The position numbers and the translations under genes were made by a program. This document shows, in pieces, positions 51,850 through 64,000 of a stretch of 64,000 nucleotides of DNA. How positions within the stretch are numbered: position 1 is the first letter of the stretch; each line of letters begins with the position of its first letter. The DNA lies in assembly GCA_008632985.1 (NCBI GenBank), contig QPGO01000296.1, positions 1-64,000 on the forward strand. The letters are read 5' to 3'. This DNA is from Psammoneis japonica (lineage: Eukaryota). The notes below the pieces were generated by a model. That model was not told the origin of the DNA and made no database searches. It worked only from the letters and a program-made list of their open reading frames with translations.

Positions 51850-53900
51850 CTTGCACAAACAGAAATGGTTCCCTGGGCTTGACAAGAATGGTGAAATGCA
51901 CACTGCTCATGGGGTTGGTCGTGCGAGCATCAAGAGCCACAAGCCACTTCAAGGTGCAGAGTTGAAGAAACACACGGCAACGTGTTTTCCCCATGGACAT
52001 GTTCACTGTGTGCCCAATGTTGTTGAGCGAGCTCTGAAACACAAAAAAGAAACAGCTGGCCAGCTGGCATCAACCGGAATGCAACAAGGTCAAAAACAGA
52101 CCAACAAAAAGATGCAAAAGGCGGCAAAGGAATTCGAGGTCCCTGCCAGTGCAAAAATTTCACTTGTCTTTCCTGATTTCTTGGACAGAGATGACACCTG
52201 AAACACTCAGTGTTTCAGGTGTGAGACAAACAAACTGGTGCTGTTGTTGGGGTCAAGACAATGTGCCCATTCTGCAAATCAAATGCTCATGTGGAGCACA
52301 AAGACAGGGCGGGATGCAAGGACAATGTGAGGGCAACTGCAGGCCACAAGGAGAAAATCCCGCCAGTGGGGCCAATTGGATTGTGCAGCAATCAGACTTG
52401 TGGTGGACCAGTTGACAATTTGGAGAACCATGATTGCTGCTCGACGCACTCATTCACAGTCTGCAGTGAAGCCTGTTGGCAACAATGTCCAGAAGAGGTC
52501 AGGGAATGGTGTGACACCATTCTAAGAAAAGACGCATCATCCGGAGAAAATGGACAAACTTTGGTGGCAGAGCAATTGTGTTGTGAAGTGCTGCATGACT
52601 CAACAATTTTAAAAAATCTGGCAGACAAGATGGAGGAAGTGCACCAACAGGCTGAGCGCAGGGCGATTGCAGCATGTGTGGCTTTCACTGAATCCCAAGG
52701 TGACCCCAACAGCTTGCCTGATTTTGGCAGTGATGATTGTGACAAGTTGTTTTGACCACCAAGTCACGACACATTTGGCAGTGTGTTTGATGCAGTGTTT
52801 GAGATTGTCTTGCCCTTTCTACATCAAGACCTCTTCATGAGAACCCCAGGCTGATTTGTTCAATGGGACTCTGCTTTTGACTTTGCAAAGAAAGCAATGA
52901 ATGACACAGAGTCAGAAGAGGAGTTTAAGACAGTTGCCATTGTCTTTGGCGAGCATGGACACATTCTTTCTTGGGCATTTGCTCAAGCCAAGGGAAGCGT
53001 CATGTGCCAGCAACTGATGTGCTTCATCAAGAAGCTGTGAGCATCAAGGACAGATGGAAAATGAAGGCAACCACTGCATGAATGAAGTTGAGCATGGACA
53101 CAGTGATGTCTGCTGTGAAGGACTTGTTGATGCATGGGAACATTGGTTCCTCAAGCTGTGGCCAAAAGCGAAGGTGCCACCAATGAAAGATTTGTGGCAT
53201 GGGGAAAAAAGGTCACAGACGGCACTTGCGGAACTTCTCACAAGCTTCGTGTGTCATTCACAAAGGGGCTGGCCCAAGCCTGCCTTGCACATGATGAAGA
53301 TTCAAAGTGCTCAGTTGTCAAAAAGTTCAAGGAGGATGAAAATTGAAAGAGTGCACCAGGGGAAACAAGTCCATGTCGACCAAAGTGGCAATGTCGGCTG
53401 TGATGGATCAAAAGACGTTTGGGACAAAAGTGAAGAATTCTGTGCTGGAGCCCTCTGCAATGGCTGCCAATGTTCAAGATGCTTGTGAGAAAATTAAGGT
53501 GGAAGACAAGAGACTGTGACAAGAGGCCAAGGAATGAAGAGACGGACACTTGTCTTGCCTTTTGAAACCGTCGCCAAACGTGAGCCAAGGAACCGAGCTT
53601 GAGGTTCAGAATTTCATGCAGCACATTGAAAAAGGTTGTTTTGCCGACCCTCTTGGTGTTGATGACATTGACACAGAACTCTTGGATGATCCCCATCTGC
53701 ACTGTGAACAACTGTGAGGAACTTCCCCAGGCAAAAGTGTGAACAAGTGTGTCAACAGACTTGCGGCGGACACCGCCATTCACGGAGCACCTCGAGTGCA
53801 CAAGAGACTTTGGCTTTGAGCCACTTGGTTTGACATTGACAAAGACACCAAGCTGCATCACATTCTTGGAATAGAGAAACCACAAACTGTTGAGTGGTTC
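51850..53900 (+). pseudogene. Degenerate putative DNA transposase, family unassigned
   Basis: Fragments such as VFGEHGHI, KDLWHG..KVTDGTCGTSHKL..F and (R)GTS..SVNK.VNRL resemble a transposase core; many TGA stops and frameshifts. Confidence 0.35.
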
Positions 53901-55199
53901 CTTCATGAGATGTTGTTGGGAAGGAAACCGAACCTCTCTGAGTGTTCTGGCACGGCATTCCCCCCAAAGCTTGAGCCTGATTGTGATGAGCCCGTGGGGA
54001 TTGAGTTCTTGCCACACAAGCAATGGGACCGCATTGCAAATGATCTCAATGAATTGCAAGCAATCAACCTGTCTGAACAGCAGAAGTCATTGAAGGCAAT
54101 GTGTGCATCTCAGCCTGCTGCCAGTTCATCTCCACCTGAGTCGCATCCAAACAATGGTTTGATGATGAGCGTTTCCCACTTGTCACAAGCTGAGTTGCCA
54201 CAAGGTGAGCTTGCCCTGAATGCTGCTCAACAGGAGTCAGCTGCGGTGCTGCCACTGGCTGCATTGCAACAGCATGTGTCGCAATCTGGAGTGGTGTCCC
54301 AGAATGTGCTGGCGGTGACTGCTTTGCTGCAGGCACCATCACGTGTTTTGCAACAACAAGTTCACAGGCATTGTTGTCTCAAGATCAGCAGGTAGCTGGG
54401 GTTGCAAAATGTGCTGATCATGGTCAGCTGCAAAGCATTTGGTCTCGAAATCTTTGTGCAATCAAATGGGTCTCTTTGCTGGACATCTGTCTCAACCCAA
54501 GGGAGCCTCTGACATTTTGTCAAGATCAAATGTTTTTGCAGACATTGGTTTCTGCATCCAAAGTCACTAGCCTTGGTGAGGAGAAACTAAAAGCTGCAAT
54601 TGCAGCTGCTTGGAGGGAACAATGCTGTTGATTCTTTTCTGGCAATGGCACTGGCTTGGGAGGGCAAAATGTGACTAGAACATGTCACTGTTTTGTTGAA
54701 AGAGAAAGGCAATCGACTGCTTCAGATGCAACCAGGGCTTTCAAACAGTCAGCAACCCATGATTTCTCACATGGGCAGGCCGCAGAAGCAAATTTGACGA
54801 GAAGATGTTAACAAACCATCGCACGCTCAGTTGGGGGATCTGTTGAGACAATTGCCGGGAAGGAGCATCCGGAGCACCAAACAAGCCCGTGTGGAAGAGT
54901 TGCAAAAAAGAGTTTTAGGGAAAGCCATGAGACTTCAATTTGACACTGTAGATGACACTGCATCAACATCTCTCTCTTCCTCTCTTCTTTCCCTTTTTTA
55001 AACTTCAGGGGCGCCAGAAGGGCACCCCCCTTTTAAACTTTGCATCCACAAAAATCCCCAGACAGGGAGCTGCAGGAGTGGGAGGAAAGAAGGGGCACGT
55101 GAAACAGCACTCAGGGCATTTGAGAGATGGAAGTGGAGCAGAAGGAAAGGGGAGGGAGGAGAGAAAGCAAAGGGTGTGGGAAGAAGAGTGATGGACAAT

Positions 55200-56980
55200 G
55201 TTGCAACTGACAGTTTAGATGGCCCATTGGGAGGGGGGGAAGAGCGGTGGGAGCTGCCAAAGCAACCAGAGGAAAGCTGATTCCATGCACAATTGGCAGA
55301 TGGGAGAAGAGCAGATGGGGAGGCAAGAGCGCAGGAGAAGGCATTGAAGGAAGCAGAGGAGTGTCACAGGAAGGAGGGGTTGAGCCAAGGGGGTTTGGGC
55401 TGGGAGCATGGGGAGGGAGAGGAGGTGCCAAAGAGGAGCCAGTGGAAGAAGCAGCCAACAAGACCACCCAGGTGATCAATGGTTGAGGGAAGCAGATGTG
55501 TTCCACTGGCACTGAGGAATTGGATGGCAAGAGAGCCATCAGAGGAAGAGGTTGAGGGGCCTCAAAACTTGGACCTTGCACTTGCACAGCGTGCCTCAGT
55601 CAAAAGAGAAGATGAGGGGGAGGCAGACCAGGTGGAGGGCGAGGGGGGGCTTTGGGGACAGTGACGTTGATGGCAATGTGTTGATGCTGAGAAGGAATGG
55701 CAAGGGAAGCAGGGGGAGGGATGGCAATTCCTGCATCAGCTGGACAGAGAATGGGCCAATGCAGCAGAAGGTTTGCAGGTTTGAGGTGGACGTAGGTGGA
55801 GGAATGACAGAGCTTGGACAGGGGGGGCAAGAGTTTGTGCAAGGATGAAAACAGTGTCCCGTGTGCCATTGGAGAGCTTGGACTTGTCATTGCACTTGCA
55901 CATGAAGGTGTGGTCACCGCAGGCATCAAGGGAGGTGTGGCCACAGGGACAAGGAGAGTCAATGAGGGAGGAGGGAAGTGCTGGAAGATGCAGCTTGCGT
56001 TGGATGGCTGTGGTGCACTCATCAGAGGAGAGGCGGGAAGAGGCAAATCAGGAGGAGAGGTGGTGAAGCGGCAGGCTGGCAAGGGGCAATGGGAGGGAAT
56101 GGAGAGCAACTTGGATGGCAGGAGGAGCATCAGCAAGAGTGGCATGATGGTGTGTTGTTGGTGGGCATGATGAAGGTGGCAAGCAAGTCCAGGGAGCCTC
56201 ATTGACTTGACCAAGGTGGGAAGATTTGGAGCAGCCAATGAGGAATCAGAAGAGAGCACAGAGGCAAAGCAGCGAAAGAGAGTGTGAAGGCACAGGTTGG
56301 AGTGGGAGTTGTTCCAGGAAGAGAGAGAGAGAGAGAGAGAGATGGAAGCAGTGCAGGAGCTCAAGGCTGTCCCCAGAAGGGAGCTGTGCACCGTGACAAG
56401 TGAAGCGGAAGGAGAGCAGAAGAGAGATGAGGAAGGAGGGGCTGGCGGCAGCAGCAGGAACACACAGGCCCAAGCCACACCAACGGAGGCAGGGAGAAAG
56501 GCAATGGCCAGGGAGTGGGGAGGTGGAGAATCAGAGTGGGCAGAGGCGCAGTGAAGGAAGTGATGGATGAGGTCCAGAGGAATGGGTCAGGCGGGTTGTC
56601 AGGGTCAAAGTTGCAGTGGAAGTCGGTCCAAAGGAGGTGGGCAGAAGAAGGCACAAAGCAGTGTTTGAAAAGTTGAGCTTGAGTTTGCTTGTCACGTGGG
56701 CAAGGCAGGAGACCGTCAACCTCAGCAGAGAGGGAGGAAGAGACATCAGAGAGGAAGAGGAGTTTTGGCAAAAGCACAGGAGCCAAGAGGCTGTCCGAGG
56801 AAGTGGACAACCAGAAGTGAGCTCGGGGTTGTAGGAGGGGTCAACAGAAGGGTTCAGGAAGGCAAGAGCATTGCACAGGGAGGAGGCATTAGATTGGGAG
56901 AGAGAAGAAAGTGGGCTGGTGCCGCTGATGGAAATGAGGATCTTGTTGTCAGGGTGTCTTCATGGGCATGAGCACCCGGA
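55200..56980 (-). mobile_element. 5'-truncated non-LTR retrotransposon with restriction-like endonuclease (CRE-like)
   Basis: Minus strand gives DKQTQAQLFKHC, the Zn knuckle CPCGHTSLDACGDHTFMC..NGTRD and (R)PADAGI..IAINVT. Confidence 0.7.
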
Positions 56981-57189
56981 ACCAAGATGGCCCAAAAAGC
57001 CAAGCCAATTTTTGAGTTGACATGTGGCTAATCTTCACCATGAAATCTGGGACGGTTTGCCACTTTCAAACAGATGACAAAGATGTAGCATGGTGGCTTT
57101 TGCAACAATGCAAATGAACAATGCTTTGCTGGAGGCTGGTTTTGACAGTCTGGATGGCATGGCTGATGCCCTGCTTGATCATTCCGGTG

Positions 57190-57365
57190 GCTTCAAAGAT
57201 GCAACGACAGGCTCTGCGAGAACTGGGCCTTGAAAATGGCTCTTTCACACAGCAAGAGCTCAAGAAAGCCTGCCGTGCACGAAGCCTTGAAACACATCCA
57301 GACAAGGGCGGCTCACACGAAGCCTTCATTTGTGTTGCCCTAGCTTGCAAATTGCTCTCTGGTTC
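57190..57365 (+). pseudogene. J-domain (DnaJ) fragment, Tyr-converted
   Basis: LRELGL..ELKKACRARSLETHPDKGGSHEAF..VALACKLL, i.e. KKAYR and AY changed to Cys. Confidence 0.75.
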
Positions 57366-57583
57366 AGGCACTCACAAGTTCCAAAGCAACGAGCGTCTGT
57401 GGGAAAGTGGCCTGAATTCTGGGATTCGTCTGCACTTTCAGTGATTAAAAGCTGCAATTGCAATGCAACAATCAATCAGCAACTTTGCACCAAAAGTTGA
57501 GAGGTGACAATCGACACGTTAGAAAGACCATGAGCAGTTTTTATGAGCAGATTCAGCTGCCATCTAAAAGAAACGCGAAGTTG

Positions 57584-58368
57584 GGCTTGGTCTGCAGGTG
57601 AACCAAGCCGGATCGGATCGCCGGATCGACTCCTTCACAACCCATTAAAATGTTAGTCCATCGAGTCAAAAAAGTCGATCCGGGGCCTTTGTGGGACTGA
57701 TCCGCCATCTCGGATCGGATGTCGTGTCGAATTTGGAAGATTCCGTGCCGTCATCATGACAATGGCGCAACATCACCCGATTGTGACACAGGGCGGCATG
57801 AGATTCAGCCATGAGGGCACAGAACTTCCTCAGCATTGCAGCCTGAGTCTTTCCATGCTTGAAATGGAGATGAAAAGGTCGCGTGGCTGTGAAACAGCTT
57901 GTCAAACCGATGATGCCATAAAGATTTGTTGGAGAAACATTGAACAAGCAAAACAACAAGTGTTCATTGTGCAACTCGAAATTTCAATGCAAAAACATGG
58001 TGTCAGTTTCTCAACTGCAAAAGTGATGGCTTTTTCTTCCTTGTTGTTGGTGCAAACACTGAGTGACAATGATGCTCAATGATGTGGTCAAGCAAGCATG
58101 TAAAGCAGCAACAAAAGTGCAGTTCTGTCATCATGTTGTCTTGTCATGACAAGATGTGAAGCATCATGGCCACACTTGTTGTTGTTCGCTTTGTCAGTGC
58201 TTTGTTGTTCTTGGGAGTTTGGAATCTTGAAACTTGTGTCATTTTGCGACTCATCAAAATGTCGAATCCGATCTGTGATCCAATCCGATTCCACCTGTCG
58301 ACTGACAGAACTCTGACGTGATCCGATCCATTGATCCGACCCGGCACGGTTCACCTGTAGACTGAGCC
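57584..58368. mobile_element. Tourist/PIF-type MITE (785 bp) with GATCGG-rich subterminal motifs
   Basis: TIR GGCT(TG/CA)GTCT(G/A)CAGGTGAACC..GCCGG.TCGGATC; flanks TTG (left) and TTA (right). Confidence 0.8.
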
Positions 58369-58371
58369 TTA

Positions 58372-58621
58372 GACACGCGCGAATCTGAGAACAAACATCG
58401 CATTCGTGACTCGGGTTCCGCGGGATTCGAGACTGAGTGTCACACACGGATTTGAATCATGGATCTGAATCAACCAATCAGGTTGAGTTTTCTTGATTCT
58501 GACTGCTGTTGCTTGTGGGGAGGAATTGCCCTTCATGCTCATCAATTCATGACCAAAGGACATGACTCGTGGAGGTTCGATGTTGTTGCACAAAACATGC
58601 AAATGTGGATGTGTTGTCACA
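58372..58621 (-). repeat. Probable 3' LTR of Copia 2 (left limit uncertain)
   Basis: Minus-strand PPT GAAGGGAG is followed by TGTGACA, as in Copia 1. Confidence 0.5.
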
Positions 58622-61600
58622 CTCCCTTCAACAACATTGGGTGGAATGATGACTCAAAAACGTCTCACCACTTAAGAAGTGACTTCCTGTGCTTGACGAA
58701 GAGGTTTTGTGGCAGAGGTTTGGCGAAAATGTCTGCAATCTGACTCGCCGCATCAATTGGTGGGATTGACATGAGACCCTTGCGAACATGATCTTTAAAG
58801 TGGTGGAGCATGAGGTTGAAGTGCTTTGTCCGAGGATGCATCTCAGGCAACCTGGCAATCTCCAGTGCTCCAGAATTGTCTTCAAATGCCTTGCAGTGCA
58901 TGACAGGTGTCTTGGAAGGGACATTGTGACCATGACTCATGAGTTCTTGAACAAGGTTCATGATCGGAATGGCACTGCGAAGACTTTCCAAAAGAGTGAC
59001 AAATTCAGCCTCGGCAGTGCTGAGAGTGATCAGGGTCTGCAGCTTGAATGTCCAGACAATGGGACATCCGGCACAAGCAATGACAAACCCAGTTCTTGAT
59101 TTGGAAGTGCCGATGTCATCAGGTGCAGTCAGTTTGTTCCAATTGCCCGCGAAGTCCGCGTCAGCATGAACTTCAAGGGACTTGTCTGTTGAGGGCTGTG
59201 GAATGACACCTTCATTTCTGGTTTCGCAAAGGTGCTTGCAGAGCCACAGTGCGGCCTCACCATGAGAAACCTTGGGATCAGATGAAAAACGTGCGATCTG
59301 ATGCACTGCGCAAGCGATGTCTGGGCGAGTGCTCTTCTCCAGAAAATTGAGCTTGCCGACAATGGAGCGGTGGTGAAAGCTCCCTTTGAAGCTTGGCTCA
59401 CTCATGTGCCTGTGGAGAATCTTGGAGGATGGAGCCGGTGTTGACTTGTTGGGTGCTCTTTCAGGTGAGTTCGCCATCTCCAGCATCTGATTGACAAGAT
59501 GCGGTTGCACAAGTTTCATTCTGCCATCAGGCAGTGTTTCAACGTTGATGCCGAGACAATCATCCAGAGCACCCTGATCATCAACATCAAAATTTGCATC
59601 TCTGACATCTTGTGTGGCTTTGACAACTGCAGTGTTGTCTGGCAATGCAAAGATGCCATCATCCACACAACACACAAAAATCACATTGTCACGGTGACAG
59701 AGGCACTCGTCGACTGCCGATTGCATGAAGCCAATCCGCAGCAAGCCATCATGTGAGTGTTCTTGCCATGCCCTGCCTGCTTGTTTCTGTCCATGTAAAT
59801 TCTTCAGCAATTTCAGAACATGAGTCTTGCCATTGCCACATTTTCTTTCAACTCCTGCAGGCAAATCCACACACATGTCATGTTCGGCATCAGCCTGTGG
59901 ATGTGCCAATGCGAAGTCAACTTGGCGTGTGTGCCACTTCTTGAGGATGGCTGTGATCAACACAAGTCGGATGGTGAACCAGAAGACGATGGAAGAGCAG
60001 GTCTGGAAGCAGTTGACTGCATGCTCTTGCTTTCCACCATGCACATTGAGTCGGGACTTCCATTTGTAAATGGCACAAGTTTTGATGTCTCTCTTGCACT
60101 TCATTGACCATGTGGAGGGAAGAATGTCAACATCATCAGGTGCGTCTTCACGTGGCATGAGTGCCCAATGCTTCTTCTCAACATGATCATTGACCTCTTT
60201 GATGCAGGCCTTGACAAACTCGTCTCGGTCAGGTTCGCACATGGCTTGATCAAAGCACACGAATGAAGCAGGTGAGTCCATGTTGTCCTGTAACTTGCAA
60301 TCATCTTCATGCATGGCATCACAACACTCCTCTGCCTCTGCTGCACAGGAGACAATGCCTTGAGCCCTCTGGATCTGGCTTTCGCGCATCCTTTCGGTCG
60401 GGCGTCGTTGTTGGCTGGACCCACTGACACTGGGCTGACCCATGGCATGCTGTGGCTCAGGAGGCAATTCGTCATCATCTGGAGGTACACACAGCTCCTC
60501 TTCTTCAGGTTGTGATGTGTCAGCATCAAAAGAGTCATCCACAGTGGGATCAGAATGCTGCAGCTGAGGTGGGACATCCGGACCCGGCTCAGGCAGTTCT
60601 GGTGGAGCAACAGGTTGCTCCCTTGTTCCTTTTGATCTCCCAAAGATGTTGAGTGACTGTTTGGTTTTGCTTGCTTGAAGCCTGTGATGCCTTGCCATTG
60701 TGCAAATGTTGATGGATTGCCAGCAGAAGGTCAGACCGTCTCAAAAAAGTTGTCAAACTGTGCGTGGAACTGCGGCGATGCGAGTCCGGTTTGTAAATTC
60801 AAAACCAAGGCAACTGATCCTGCGTGTCTTGTTGAAGGTCCCAGATTGATTCCCAACCTTGCTCTTGGATCCCATTTAGGTGCTCCACCTCCTCCTTGCA
60901 ACCAGTTGTGCAAAGCGTAGACTGGGCATCCAAAAGCATGGTGCTGCTTGAGGTCAGGCTGAACCTTGACCGACGTGAAACGTTCCAAAGGAGAGGAACC
61001 ATCCTCATGGTCAGGCAAGTGGTTCCTGATCTTGTTCGAGTTTCTTAAAGCGCTTGGCCACAAATTTGTCTCTGTTGCAGATGGCCATCTAACCTTTGCA
61101 TGTAAGAGCTGTTTTCTTGCTTGCTCTTGCAGGTCCCATGTTCGTTTTTCCGTGATGCCATTTTGAAAGTGAGCATTGACGCCACAGTGCGAGATTGTCT
61201 GTTGTTGTTTCTCCACGTCTTGGATGAATGCATTGTCAGCAAATCTCCCGTTGTTGGCATGATGGTGTTTGATGCAAACATGGACTCGTCGTGCAAAAGC
61301 CTTGAAGGAATGTTTGGCCTCAAGTGTCTCGTCCGAGGTGAGTCCCCTCTGTGAGTGTGTGCATCCCAATCCGCTACAGTGATCAACAAATGTTGTTGCT
61401 GCTCAATGCCTTTGCTTCGCAGGTCTCCCTTTGAGTTGAGGGATCAGTCCAGGAGTCAGACTTTCAAGCTGGTCAACCGATGCAGCCTCTCCAGGCAAGG
61501 TTGCCAAGTGGATGTGTCTGTTCCACTTGGACTTGGAGCACCATGGTCGTTTTGTCATGGCACCATGCAGGCAGCCGGCGCACTTTGGGTTGTGCACCTT

Positions 61601-64000
61601 TGTAAGGCGTCTCGGCAGGATGCCTGGGGTGGCCATGAGCTTGATCATTTTGAATGACATGTGGCCTGGGCGGTGATGCCAACACAACAATTCACCTTGG
61701 TTGTCAGCAGCGGCTAAGGCATCATCATCTGGTGTGATGTTGATGGGTTCCGGTGGGTCCTCCTGAACCTCCGGTGTCACAAGATCCATCAGGTTCTCCT
61801 CGTCAGAGTCAGAGCAACTCGCTTCATCAGTTGGCTTGAATGACTGAGGTGCACTCACATCAGTGTGGTTGTGTGCGTCTTGCATCTCGGAAGGACGTGT
61901 CTTGGAAGGACTTCTGAAGATGTCTTGTTCAATTGCAGTCTCAGCATCGTTTGCAATGCTTTCGTTGTCAGGTGGCATGACATGAGCCTGACAGGCCATG
62001 TGCTCAACATTTTCGATGTGAGTCTGTTGTTCAACAGTGGCTGCAAAGGTCCGGCATTTGTTGGAACCAGGTGCGGAGTGCATCTTGGCGACATTGGAGT
62101 CATTGGACCATGGAATCAAGCGATGGCACTTTCTCTGATCCCACACTGGCATGAGTCCATCGTCTCTAGTCCAGGACACGGTTCCGTGAGGCTCAGGTGT
62201 GTGGTTGCCGGCTTGTTGACTCCATTGTTGGGGGCAAAGGAGACAGTGAGGCAAGTCCAGTGCGAGCAGTGCATCTCGAATCTTGATGTTGTGCACTCAT
62301 CCCATGTCATCCTCAATTGGCCACTGTGCTGTTCCTTCTCCCTTGGCAGGCAAACAACCTTTGACACCAAGCACCACCTCACTCATCTTTCAAACAGGAC
62401 CAATGAAGTGTGTCTCGTTGTTCGACATGGTGCAGGAAGAGTGGGAGTCAACACCCATCATGAATGAGTCCGAGTTGCAAGTGGGTTGCATCTGCTGAGG
62501 ACGGCATGGAGTGGTGGCACTGCAAGCGGAGACCATCTTGTAGCGCACAAGGACGTAGTGAGCCTTCTTGTTGGCCACACTCTGGAGCAGTGACCTGGCT
62601 GCGTTGACGTGTGATGCTGTGCGCAGCACCTCGTCGTTGGCCGTTGCTGGCAAGTCTGAACTGGTGGTGTGCTCATGTCAACTGGGATGTGTGAAAGAAT
62701 CCACTCACCCAGTGTCATCACAGCATCACACAGCAACTTACACTGGCTTGAAGGAAGGGACAGCATCACGAATGAGAGGATGACCCAAATCGGGGCCGCA
62801 AACTTCATGACGCCAGAGACTGATGTCAGGAGCAGTGACGCAACAGCGGCCATCTGTGGGGACAGGAGGAGCGTCATCAGAGCTGATTTGATGGCTGGTC
62901 ACTCTTGATCCACTTCGTTTGGAATGGCAGAAATGGCACTAGCGAAGGCGACCTTCTTGTCGGATGTCTCGTTGGAGGATGAAAGTTGTTGCTTGCGGAG
63001 TCTGCACCCAAACTTTCCCGGATCATCAGGCAAATGAATGACCCAAGCCATGTGGCAAGTGCACCAGTGACAGTTGCAATTGTTGACATGCTTGTGAAAG
63101 TGCTGATGTCCATTGACTGTCTTCTTAGGTGCACCATCCTCAGGCGGAACTTTCTTCCAGGCTTCATCAGCCTTCCACTTCTGGCGTGGAGCAGTCTTGG
63201 TCTTCCTTGACTTTGTGCTTCTCTCCTTTCCTGAACCTGCCTTGGCCTTCAGAGCCTTGGACAGCTGAAGGTTCTGGTCCTTGATTGAGCCCACCTCAGC
63301 AGTGAGTGCAACGATCTGCTCTTCAGCTGGTGAGAGTGCTCCCCACTTCTCATCTTGCTTGAGGTTAGTGTGCTTGTTGAGCACCAGTGACATGATTTGT
63401 GTTGGCATGAAATTCTCACCATTGTTGCACCTGTCCTTGTGTGGGGTGATGCATTTGACAAATGCTTCGTCAGCAGCAGCGGCGCATCCTTTAAAAAGAT
63501 TCACAATGAGGTCGTCGCACTGCTCGCCCCTTGCTGGCAGCCCATCAACGTTGAGCTTGGCACACTTGTTGAACTCTTCCATGTCCAAGTTGACAGCTGC
63601 CATGTGTGCATCCAGGCTTGAAAGGTTCTCACAGAAGTGGTTCGTGGTTGAACGGGTGTCGACGACAGCTTTCTGAGTGAGCAGCTTGAAGAACAGTGTG
63701 CCAATTTGGTTTCCATTGATCGTGCACAAATCAATCTCATCAAGTGTCCTGTCCCTTGCTTCTTCTGTCAAGGACTGAGAGATGGCTTCAGCCATTTGCA
63801 CATTGTTCTGTGCTTGCCATGTTGGAAGATCGGCAAAAGTGGTGGCATGAGCTCTCACGTCCTGAAGAGCAAGCAATCCACACTCGGAAATAAGATCTCA
63901 AGGAGCTCCATTCATGTCGGGAATGGCAAGCATGTCTCCTGTCCCTGTTTTCCATCCTGCTTTGGCAGCTCGTTGACTGAGCATCTCACAAAAGCGTTTG
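58622..64000 (-). mobile_element. Copia LTR retrotransposon 2, internal region (gag >63876-62899, protease ~62470, integrase ~61700-60731, RT-RH 60698-58665); runs off the window
   Basis: Homologous to Copia 1: GVDSHSS, HHRPGH..CAGC, SVDQLES, NLHGQKQAG, CVDD, ADADFAG, EDN and ADIFAK. Confidence 0.92.

Noticed and set aside
20498..64000. Alternative genetic code or RNA editing restoring Tyr
   Set aside because: The same changes occur in non-coding MITEs, LTRs and a TSD, and neighbouring genes use Tyr normally.

Overview
Eukaryotic nuclear DNA, most likely from a diatom (short GT-AG introns, diatom-type Copia, non-LTR and Harbinger elements); the organism is inferred. The window has two compartments. 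(1) About 1-20,500 is gene-dense with eight genes: an RPH/PigC-like PEP-utiliser, a TPR-like protein, a GST with a WW domain, a CREST-like membrane protein, Elp5-like, an NAD(P)-binding protein, a sulfotransferase-like protein and a GNAT-LysM-HMG-AT-hook protein. Several carry 1-bp frameshifts that are probably assembly errors. (2) About 20,500-64,000 is a nest of transposons, 23-bp satellite arrays and pseudogenes with three assembly gaps. The main finding is that repeated or duplicated DNA has undergone massive, strand-symmetric TpA->TpG/CpA (A:T->G:C) hypermutation, the opposite direction to fungal RIP. It shows up directly between three MITE copies, between the two LTRs of one Copia, in a converted TTA target-site duplication, and as systematic Tyr->Cys/His replacement in TE proteins and host-gene copies. 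Two Copia elements also share an in-frame gag TGA whose context reconstructs to the readthrough signal TGA-CTA-G. All counts are manual and no database searches were run.
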